The notes below the pieces were generated by a model. The model did no database searches and was not told the origin of the DNA. It was given only the letters and a program-made list of their open reading frames with translations. From positions 11,990 through 75,989 of the forward strand of contig JAQWPY010000005.1 of the NCBI GenBank assembly GCA_029245145.1: a DNA stretch of 64,000 bases. The letters run 5' to 3'. The number at the start of each line of letters is the position of its first letter. Position 1 is the stretch's first letter. The position numbers and the translations under genes were made by a program. Of the stretch, positions 37,348-45,212 are shown piece by piece. This DNA comes from Pirellulales bacterium (GTDB lineage: Bacteria; Planctomycetota; Planctomycetia; Pirellulales; UBA7805).

Positions 37348-38916
37348 CTAAGCATCCTGCTCCGGGCGAAGCAGCGGGAACAGAATCACATCCCGAATCG
37401 ATGGGCTTCCGGTCAACAGCATCACAAGGCGATCGATACCGATCCCCAAACCTCCGGCCGGGGGCATGCCGTGCCTCAATGCCCTCACAAAATCGTGATC
37501 CATCTTTGCCATCGAGTCTTCTTCCTTCTGACCTTCCAATTGCGTGCGGAATAACTCCTCTTGCAAATCGGGATCGTTCAGTTCGGTGTAAGCGTTCGCT
37601 ACTTCCATACCCTGAACGAACAGCTCAAATCTCTCCGCAATCTGCGGATCGTCTGCTTTACGCTTCGTCAACGGACAAATGCTTGCCGGATAATCGATGA
37701 CAAACACGGGGCCCACCAAAGCATCTTCAACCTTCGCCTCGAACACCTCGTTCTTGATTACATCGGGATGTTTACCAGCAGTTTCAAAACCGATGGATTC
37801 AGCCAAGGCGGCCACTTCGGTCGAATTTCCAGGATCGACTCCCGTATGTTCGGCGAAGAGATCGTCGTACGTTCGCCGCGCGAAAGGCGCAGAAAAATCA
37901 ATCTGCCCCTCACCCCAGCCGACCTGAGGGCCGCGATCACACGCGGCCAACGCGTCGATGATAATTTTTTCGGTCAAATCCATCATCGTTTCGTAATTGC
38001 CGTACGCCTGATAAACCTCGAGCATCGTAAATTCGGGATTGTGCTTCGGACTGATACCTTCATTGCGATAGACGCGGCCCAGTTCATAAACGCGTTCAAA
38101 CCCACCAACGAGAAGCCGCTTGAGGTGCAACTCTAGTGCGATCCGCATGAAGAGGGGTATGTCGAGCGCGTTGTGATGGGTCTTGAAGGGTCGGGCCGCG
38201 GCACCGCCCGCAATCGAATGGAGAGTCGGACCCTCGATTTCGGCAAAATCCTGTGCATCCAAGGTGCGGCGAATCGAACGCACGATCCGCGTCCGATCCA
38301 AAAACCGGTCACTCACGCCCTCGGTGTGTACCAGATCGAGATATCGCATCCGCTGGCGCAATTCGGGATCGGTCATCCCGTGGTGTTTTTCCGGTGGCGG
38401 CAGGAGCGATTTGGTGAGAAAGTGCAACCTTTCAACGAAGATCGTCAACTCTCCGGTCCGAGTTCGCTTGAGCTCCCCATCGGCCCCCACGATATCGCTG
38501 AGATCCAAAAGCTGCGCGAGCTCCCAATTGCTGTCGCCCACCTGATTCTTGCCGATAAAAAGCTGTATTTTTCCAGTCCAATCTTGCAAGTCGGCAAAGA
38601 TGAGTTTGCCCTTGCGCCGCTGAAGAACAATCCGCCCGGCCACCCGGACCTGTGGACCGTGCTGCTCCGCCTTGCCGTCCGCATTCTCAGGATCGGTGCG
38701 GATTTCATCCTCGCGGGACCGGACACTGCCGATGGGTTGATGAGCGTCGAACCGCGTGCCCCAGGGATCGAAACCGAGAGCGCGAATCTTCTCTAATTTC
38801 TCTCGGCGCGCTGCTTCATGCATGCCGACGTCGCGCTGCTCTGGATTTTCTTCCGCCATTTTTTTTTCGGGTACCGTTTGTTGCTTCGGCACCTCAGTCA
38901 AGGATGAGTCCATCAA
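37348..38916 (-). CDS. lysS: lysine--tRNA ligase (class II)
   Basis: OB-fold anticodon domain (VRVAGRIVLQRRKGKLIFADLQD), class II motifs (RVYELGRVYRNEG, GLGIGIDRLVML). The start may be an internal Met. Confidence 0.95.
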   Translation of the reverse strand: MMDSSLTEVPKQQTVPEKKMAEENPEQRDVGMHEAARREKLEKIRALGFDPWGTRFDAHQPIGSVRSREDEIRTDPENADGKAEQHGPQVRVAGRIVLQRRKGKLIFADLQDWTGKIQLFIGKNQVGDSNWELAQLLDLSDIVGADGELKRTRTGELTIFVERLHFLTKSLLPPPEKHHGMTDPELRQRMRYLDLVHTEGVSDRFLDRTRIVRSIRRTLDAQDFAEIEGPTLHSIAGGAAARPFKTHHNALDIPLFMRIALELHLKRLLVGGFERVYELGRVYRNEGISPKHNPEFTMLEVYQAYGNYETMMDLTEKIIIDALAACDRGPQVGWGEGQIDFSAPFARRTYDDLFAEHTGVDPGNSTEVAALAESIGFETAGKHPDVIKNEVFEAKVEDALVGPVFVIDYPASICPLTKRKADDPQIAERFELFVQGMEVANAYTELNDPDLQEELFRTQLEGQKEEDSMAKMDHDFVRALRHGMPPAGGLGIGIDRLVMLLTGSPSIRDVILFPLLRPEQDA

Positions 38917-39017
38917 ATCGCGCGCAGGGGTTCCGAAGCGAGTCGCGAGCTACGTGGCTTGCCTGTGTTAAAATAAGCAGTTGCGTCATTCTAGTGAAAC
39001 CCCGGGAGGCGTCAATG

Positions 39018-39911
39018 TCAGACGCCCCTGTCGCTAGCGTTGCCATCGCCCGGCGCAATCCGGTAGAAGTCGGCGGCCGTCTTCCCAAAAATCTGGTCCT
39101 TTTCAGCAGCCGACAGGGGTTCAATCAAAGTCCGCAGCGCGTCGATTACATCAGCATAACTTGCCGCCAGTTCGCACACCGGCCAGTCGGATCCAAACAT
39201 CAATCGATCGGGGCCAAAACACTCGAGGGCATAATCGACGAATGGCCGCAGGTCAGCGACGGTCCATTTCTTCCAGTCGGCTTCGGTGACCATCCCCGAT
39301 AACTTGCAGTAGATATTGGGATGCTCGGAGGCCGCCAGGAAGTCGTCTCTCCAGTATTCCATGCGACCGGCGGCAATCTCCGGCTTTGCCAGATGGTCGA
39401 TGACCATGGGTAAATCGGGCAATGTCTCGGCGAGGGTGCTCGCATGCCGAAGATGTTTAACGAAAAAAAGCAGATCGAAAGGGACTTGGTGCTTCTCGAG
39501 TAGCCGCAATCCACGAAGAACATCATCCCTCACAATAAAATCGTCCTCCACCTCATCCTGCGTGATGTGTCGTACGCCCACAAACTTCGCATGCTCTTTC
39601 AGCGCGAGCAGTTGAGATTCACAGTCGGTACTCGTCAAATCGACCCAACCGACGATTCCCGCAATAAACGGATGCTCGGCTGCCAACTTCAGCACCCAGT
39701 CGTTCTCCACCAGGTTATGCTGGGTCTGAACAAAGATGGTGCGGTCAACGCCTGCCGCTTCCAACTGCGGCCTGAGATCCTCCGGCAAATAGGTGCGGTG
39801 AATTGCCGTTTTGTCTGCTGCGGTGAGCCAGCGATAATCAAACGTATCTCGGAGGGCAAGATCCCAAAAATGCTGGTGGGCATCGATCGTGACTCTCATC
39901 ATTCCCCCCAT
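39018..39911 (-). CDS. amidohydrolase-2 family protein (lactonase-like, e.g. L-fuconolactonase type)
   Basis: IDAHQHFW metal-binding start and a C-terminal FGSDWP motif. The start is chosen among Met codons at 39911, 39902 and 39899, downstream of the preceding stop at 39926. Confidence 0.7.
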   Translation of the reverse strand: MGGMMRVTIDAHQHFWDLALRDTFDYRWLTAADKTAIHRTYLPEDLRPQLEAAGVDRTIFVQTQHNLVENDWVLKLAAEHPFIAGIVGWVDLTSTDCESQLLALKEHAKFVGVRHITQDEVEDDFIVRDDVLRGLRLLEKHQVPFDLLFFVKHLRHASTLAETLPDLPMVIDHLAKPEIAAGRMEYWRDDFLAASEHPNIYCKLSGMVTEADWKKWTVADLRPFVDYALECFGPDRLMFGSDWPVCELAASYADVIDALRTLIEPLSAAEKDQIFGKTAADFYRIAPGDGNASDRGV

Positions 39912-39925
39912 CCTGGCATCGCCAA

Positions 39926-40948
39926 CTAACTGACTTGGATCATCGCCTTGATGGTGCGGGCGGCAGGACGAATGATCTGTGGAAATTGATCGGCAACCTC
40001 CGCAAACGGGATGCGGTGTGTAATCCACGGTTCCGTATCGATGCGACCCGACTCAATCCACCTAATGATCTGACGAAAATCATTCGGCAGCGCATTGCGA
40101 GAGCAGAGGAGCGTCCCCTCGGGACGATGAAAGACCGGGTGACGGAAAACGACCTCGCCGGTCGTGAGCCCCACAAACACCAAGCGGCCCTTCGGCGCGA
40201 TGAGCGAAAAACTTTTCGACATCGATATTTCGCTTCCGGTCGCATCGATCACCACATCGGGAAGATGGCCCTCACAACATGCCTTGAGTTGTTCGACCAA
40301 ATCGTCATTCGGTGCGAGTGCGTGCTCGATTCCCAACCGGTCGCGGCAAAAGGCAAGACGCTGCTCATCCAGATCGAGTACCACCGGTCGGGCGCCGCGA
40401 AGTTGCACAAACTCGAGCGTCGCCAAACCGATAGGTCCTGCCCCGATCACCAGACAGGCCTCTCCCTCACGCACACCACCGCGATCGACCGCGTGACACC
40501 CGATGGCCAAAGTCTCGACGAGTGCCAATTGTTCGAATGAAAGTTTTGCGGATGGATGCAACTTATCGGCCCTTATGATAAATTCGCCCCGCAATCCTCC
40601 ATCGATCATCACTCCGATCACCTGTAGTCGCTCACAGCAATTGATCGCACCCTGCCCGCAGGCATAACAGTCACCGCAGTGCATGTACGGTTCGACACTA
40701 CAGCGGTCGCCGACCGCAACGTGCGTTACACCTTCACCGACCGCCACCACCTCCACGCCCAATTCGTGTCCCGGGATCCGCGGATATTCAAAAAAGGGCA
40801 TCTTCCCCAAATAGCCGCTGATATCCGTCCCGCAGATACCACACTGATGCGAACGCACGAGAACTTCACCGGGACCCGGAGGGGAGGCCTCGGGGATTTC
40901 GATTGTGCGGAACTTTTCGGGCTCTACAAGTTGGATTGCCTGCATCAC
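39926..40948 (-). CDS. zinc-binding medium-chain alcohol/polyol dehydrogenase
   Basis: CGICGTD...GHE catalytic zinc motif, a structural-zinc cluster CGDCYACGQGAINCC, and GAGPIG Rossmann motif. The ATG at 40945 overlaps the upstream TGA (TGATG). Confidence 0.85.
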   Translation of the reverse strand: MMQAIQLVEPEKFRTIEIPEASPPGPGEVLVRSHQCGICGTDISGYLGKMPFFEYPRIPGHELGVEVVAVGEGVTHVAVGDRCSVEPYMHCGDCYACGQGAINCCERLQVIGVMIDGGLRGEFIIRADKLHPSAKLSFEQLALVETLAIGCHAVDRGGVREGEACLVIGAGPIGLATLEFVQLRGARPVVLDLDEQRLAFCRDRLGIEHALAPNDDLVEQLKACCEGHLPDVVIDATGSEISMSKSFSLIAPKGRLVFVGLTTGEVVFRHPVFHRPEGTLLCSRNALPNDFRQIIRWIESGRIDTEPWITHRIPFAEVADQFPQIIRPAARTIKAMIQVS

Positions 40949-41961
40949 TGCGCTTCGCCCGGGGCGACTCCTGTCGGCAGGTAACGTGCGGGAAGCGGAT
41001 CGTTGTTTTCGGGCCGTCCCTCAACATAGAACCAGTTATGGATCGGTTCGAGCAAGTCGAGCGTCTCTTTAAGTAATTGCTCATCGATCGGCTCCTCTGC
41101 CCAGCGGCACCACTCGCGCACGCGATCCGGATTCGCCGAACCGGTCACGCACGTCGTCAAGGCTTCGGGGACTAGTGCATACTGCAGTGCCAAGCGAGCG
41201 ATATCCGAACCCTGATCCGCCACATGTTTGGCAGCACGGGCCGCCACCTCGCGGACCCAATCGGGTGCTTTGTGCCAAGCGGGAAGCGGAGCGTTACTCA
41301 GCAACCGGGCGCTAAAGGGCGCCGCGTTCATCACCCCGACCCCGTGCCGCTCACATTCAGCGACCAATTCCATCAGCATATTATTTTGGAGCGTGTAATG
41401 GTTATAGGAGAGGATAACGTCGAGGTCGGCACGTTCCAAAAAGTAGCGGAACATCTTCATCGGATAACCCGACACTCCGATGAATCGCACCTTTCCCTGC
41501 GTGCGGATTTTCTCGAGTGCAGGAAGAGTCTCCTGCAGAATTTGGTCCAATTCCATGAACTCCACGTCGTGACAAAGAATCACATCGAGATAATCGACCT
41601 TCATCCGTTCGAGACTCAGGTCCACGCTCTCCACAACGCGACGGGCGGAAAAATCAAAATGCGTCGGCGCGTAGCGACCCAACTTACTTCCCAGAAAGTA
41701 GCTCTCTCTCGGCACCTGGGGTAAGACTTGCCCCAACAGCACCTCGCTCATCCCACGACCGTAGTAGGGCGAGGTATCAATAAAGTTCATTCCGCAGTCG
41801 AGCGCCACACGAACCGAACTCAAGGCCTCCGAAATATCGATATTTCGGAATTCAGCCCCCAACGAAGAAGCGCCGAAGCTGAGGGTCGATATTTCGAGTC
41901 CCGTTTCACCCAACAAGCGATACTGCACATCAACCTCGAATTGTGAATCCCAGAATCGCAA
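40945..41961 (-). CDS. aldo/keto reductase (aldose 1-dehydrogenase-like)
   Basis: YRLLGETGLEISTLSFGASSLG and IDTSPYYG are AKR motifs. The track start is TTG at 41961, and an in-frame GTG at 41928 (giving MQYRLLG) is a plausible true start. Confidence 0.85.
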   Translation of the reverse strand: MRFWDSQFEVDVQYRLLGETGLEISTLSFGASSLGAEFRNIDISEALSSVRVALDCGMNFIDTSPYYGRGMSEVLLGQVLPQVPRESYFLGSKLGRYAPTHFDFSARRVVESVDLSLERMKVDYLDVILCHDVEFMELDQILQETLPALEKIRTQGKVRFIGVSGYPMKMFRYFLERADLDVILSYNHYTLQNNMLMELVAECERHGVGVMNAAPFSARLLSNAPLPAWHKAPDWVREVAARAAKHVADQGSDIARLALQYALVPEALTTCVTGSANPDRVREWCRWAEEPIDEQLLKETLDLLEPIHNWFYVEGRPENNDPLPARYLPTGVAPGEAQ

Positions 41962-42033
41962 ACCGCCGCCCGCTTGACGGCGTATCGCGTGGCGTCATTA
42001 TAAGATGCTCACGCGAGCTATGCACTACGCCAG

Positions 42034-43320
42034 ATGACAACACCTGAGGGCCACATCGTGAATTCACCCGTGTGTCTCGGATTGAAGGGGAGCTTTGGCT
42101 TCGGTGATCGCATTGGATTAGCCACTCCCGGCCATATTGAGGCGATGCGCCGCGCAGGAGGCGACATTGCCCCGATCTATGCTCAGCAATCGATCCGCGA
42201 GATGACGCGTACCGGTCGCTCGCCGCAGCAGGTGATGCAAGATGCGCTTTCGGGAATGGCCGACTCCGGCGAGACGGGAATCACCGGGGCCGACGCCGAT
42301 CATCTCAAAACCGATGAGGATGTCGCTCGTACCGTTGCTGCAGGATTCTGTTTTTTCACAATCGATCCCTCCGATGCGGTCGATCAGCAGGCCGACGATT
42401 ATTCGGAAGCGGAGTTGAGAGAAAAACGTGCAATGGCACCTGAGCAGGCTCCCTGGTTCGACCAGTACTGCGGGAAGACTCGCTCCTTCGGCAAGGTGGT
42501 CGTTGAATTTACAGAGGAGGTCTGCCTTCGTGCCGCCGTCAAATACGGCCCTGCCATTCAGAAGGCGATCTCGCTGGCAAAAGTCATTCGCGAACGTAAC
42601 GAGGCTGTGGGCAGAGAGTACGAAATTGAGCTCTCCGTCGATGAGACGCCTCAGCCAACGACCCTTGCAGAACATGCGATCATTGCGAGCGAGTGCCTTG
42701 CAAGTGAAATGCCGTTGGTGAGCCTTGCGCCACGATTTATCGGTGAGTTGGAAAAGGGGGTGGATTACAAGGGCAATCTGACGGACCTCGAAACGTCGCT
42801 TGATGCCCATGCGGCGATCGCGGCCGCGTTGGGCCCGTACAAGCTCAGCCTCCACTCCGGTTCGGATAAACTCTCGATGTATGAAGCGCTCGCCCGAGCG
42901 ACGGAAGGACGGTTTCACGTAAAAACGGCCGGCACATCGTATCTCGAGGCGCTGCGGGTTGCTGCCCGCTGCGACGAAAACTTATTCCGGCGGATTATTA
43001 CCTTCTCCCGCTCCCGCTATGAGGAGGACCGAGCCACCTACCACGTTTCGGCCACGCTCGAGAATGCGCCCTCCGCCGATTCGCAGCAGACTGCCGAACA
43101 ATTGGAGGACGCGTATCTCGAGTTGTGGAAAGACGTCCCTCAGGGCAAGGGTTTCACGCGGCCGGGAAGGCAAATTTTGCACTGCACTTTTGGTTCGGTT
43201 CTCACCGATGCGCTGGGCACGGAACTGGTCGAACTTCTTTCGGCAGAACAGGCAACTTACACGGAACTGCTCGGCGAGCATTTTGCTCGTCACCTCGAGG
43301 CCCTCCAAAGCGGCATGTGA
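42034..43320 (+). CDS. tagaturonate/fructuronate epimerase (UxaE)-like protein
   Basis: 428 aa. SFGFGDRIGLATPGHI, YAQQSIREM..TGRSP and GADADHLK resemble my recollection of the UxaE family. By-eye call only. Confidence 0.45.
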   Translation: MTTPEGHIVNSPVCLGLKGSFGFGDRIGLATPGHIEAMRRAGGDIAPIYAQQSIREMTRTGRSPQQVMQDALSGMADSGETGITGADADHLKTDEDVARTVAAGFCFFTIDPSDAVDQQADDYSEAELREKRAMAPEQAPWFDQYCGKTRSFGKVVVEFTEEVCLRAAVKYGPAIQKAISLAKVIRERNEAVGREYEIELSVDETPQPTTLAEHAIIASECLASEMPLVSLAPRFIGELEKGVDYKGNLTDLETSLDAHAAIAAALGPYKLSLHSGSDKLSMYEALARATEGRFHVKTAGTSYLEALRVAARCDENLFRRIITFSRSRYEEDRATYHVSATLENAPSADSQQTAEQLEDAYLELWKDVPQGKGFTRPGRQILHCTFGSVLTDALGTELVELLSAEQATYTELLGEHFARHLEALQSGM

Positions 43321-43337
43321 AATTTACGCAGGGCGGT

Positions 43338-44147
43338 TCAGACGAAGAATTGCTCGATCGCCCGCATCGTCGCCGCGGCAGCCTCCCCTGAGGTCGGCAG
43401 CGGAAACACTTCGGCCGAAAGATATCCATCGTAGCAATTGAGCGACTCGGCGATCGGCCTATAGTCGATATGGCCTAGCCCGGCAGCGCGCCGGTTGGAG
43501 TCGGCCAGATGCACGTGCCCGATACGATCGACAAACCGGGCAAGCGAATCGGCAAGACTCACTTCCTCGATATTCATATGAAAAAGATCGGCAAGCAAGC
43601 GCACATTTTCGGCACCTGCATCGGTGAGCAACTGATCGGCTTCTTCCAATCGATGGACCAGATTCGTCTCGTAGCGATTGAGCGGCTCATACAGCAGCGG
43701 CAGACCATGGCTTGCTGCGTGGCTACCGAGCCTCGCTAGCGACTCGCCCAGGTGGCCCAGCGCGGTGCGACGGTCCACTCCATCTTCCGCAGACCCTTGC
43801 ATAGAACCGACGATGGCCATTGCCCCGTGGCGGGCACCCGCATCGATCATCCGCCGGACATAATCCTCTGCAGCCATCCGTTCGTCCGCAGATGCGCTGC
43901 TGAGCGACAAGCGGTGCAATACCCAGCCCCCGCCGGTCCCCACGGCCGCGAGACGGAGTTGTTCTTCGGCAAGCACTTGATCGAGCGTAGTTTGCTCGAG
44001 GACTTCGGGAGAGGGGGCAAATATTTCCACCGCATCAAAACCGAGCCGCTTCGCTTCTCTGCACGCGGCGATCGGGTCATCCCAAAAAACGAAGGGGCCA
44101 CCCCGGGCCTGTTCCACCAGACTGATCGTGACGCAAGATTTCTTCAT
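43338..44147 (-). CDS. sugar phosphate isomerase/epimerase (xylose isomerase-like TIM barrel)
   Basis: The likely start is MKKSCVTISL at 44147. FDAVEIF, LLYEPLNRYE and GHVHLADSNR are typical AP-endonuclease-2/xylose-isomerase-like motifs. Confidence 0.75.
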   Translation of the reverse strand: MKKSCVTISLVEQARGGPFVFWDDPIAACREAKRLGFDAVEIFAPSPEVLEQTTLDQVLAEEQLRLAAVGTGGGWVLHRLSLSSASADERMAAEDYVRRMIDAGARHGAMAIVGSMQGSAEDGVDRRTALGHLGESLARLGSHAASHGLPLLYEPLNRYETNLVHRLEEADQLLTDAGAENVRLLADLFHMNIEEVSLADSLARFVDRIGHVHLADSNRRAAGLGHIDYRPIAESLNCYDGYLSAEVFPLPTSGEAAAATMRAIEQFFV

Positions 44148-44155
44148 CGGCAACC

Positions 44156-44602
44156 TTAGTCCATGCGGATGCCGATGGTCAGCAACAAATTTGCAAACCG
44201 CTGCTGATCGGCCGTTTGGATCGTAAGGGCCAGATCCGGCGTGTTGACCGCCGGATAGAAATCCCATTTATCGATCGGTTTCAGTTCGATCGATAGTCCT
44301 GCCCGGTCAAATACCGAACGGTACTCCTGCCACACCGGAGGGTCGGCATCGAGAGCGTAAGGGCCGGTCGTTTCGTACATCATCGTTTCCGCCTTCTCGA
44401 CTGGAATCACGCCGACCAGCGCCTCGAGAACCTGCGTTACCGTCACCACGCCGGGTGCAAGATTCAAACTGACCAGTCTGGCGTTGGGCCCCAGCGTAGT
44501 CGAGGCCGGATAATTACCATCCGCAATCAACACCTTGGAGTGATGTCCGGCGGTGGCGAGCACCGCATTGATTTCGGGGTGCAGCAGGGGAGTGAGCAGC
44601 AT
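44156..44602 (-). CDS. RbsD/FucU family sugar mutarotase
   Basis: The internal start MLLTPLLHPEINAVLATAGHHSKVLIADGNYP parallels the FucU/RbsD N-terminal H-x-x-L...GH...D motif. Confidence 0.7.
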   Translation of the reverse strand: MLLTPLLHPEINAVLATAGHHSKVLIADGNYPASTTLGPNARLVSLNLAPGVVTVTQVLEALVGVIPVEKAETMMYETTGPYALDADPPVWQEYRSVFDRAGLSIELKPIDKWDFYPAVNTPDLALTIQTADQQRFANLLLTIGIRMD

Positions 44603-44678
44603 GGAAAAACCCGGTTCGGTGTTGATCTGTATTGCGCCCGTTATATCACGCACTGTAAACCGACCACAGACCCGAGAC

Positions 44679-45212
44679 TCAGACGGCAGGCGCCAGCTCG
44701 TTTCGTATTAAGTGCCAGAGCCTTCGCAACAGATAGAAAAATGTAACCACCACGACCGCCAAAAAAATGCCTGCCACATTGGCCAGGTAATCGTTCCAGT
44801 CAAAGTGCCTTCCAAAAAAAGGCTGGGTCACCTCATCCAGCCAACCCCAGACTAACAGACCGGTGATCGTCATTCCGCTACCGTTCATCCCGCGACGACT
44901 TTCGGCAGTTGCTCGAAGGTGATGAACGGAGGCGGCCCAAAAGGCGAGCAAACCGAGGACCCCGAAAGCGACCAGATGAAACCACTTATCGGGTCGATCG
45001 AGTCGCAACGAGTGACCGAAGCGGACCAGACCCCACAAGAGTCCGTCCCACCAGTGCATCCGGTCAGCACTTTCGGCGTGGATCAGCGGATTATGCGTCG
45101 CAAAAAAAAGTGCCGTCGCATAGAGAAACAGTACCGCACGACGGACAGGAAAAGACCGATGGTGAGTCGCCCCCTCACTCACCATCGGTCCTGTCGCTCG
45201 GGATTCTGGCAT
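44679..45212 (-). CDS. VanZ-like family membrane protein
   Basis: DKWFHLVAFGVLG and LDEVTQPFFGRHFDWNDYLANVAG match VanZ motifs, with four hydrophobic helices. It overlaps the upstream gene end by 11 to 38 nt depending on the start. Confidence 0.65.
   Translation of the reverse strand: MPESRATGPMVSEGATHHRSFPVRRAVLFLYATALFFATHNPLIHAESADRMHWWDGLLWGLVRFGHSLRLDRPDKWFHLVAFGVLGLLAFWAASVHHLRATAESRRGMNGSGMTITGLLVWGWLDEVTQPFFGRHFDWNDYLANVAGIFLAVVVVTFFYLLRRLWHLIRNELAPAV

Noticed and set aside
39003-39026. The inverted repeat GAGGCGTC...GACGCC spanning the amidohydrolase stop codon as a rho-independent terminator.
   Set aside because: The stem is only 6 to 7 bp, the stop codon sits in the loop, and no T/U tract follows on the transcribed (minus) strand.
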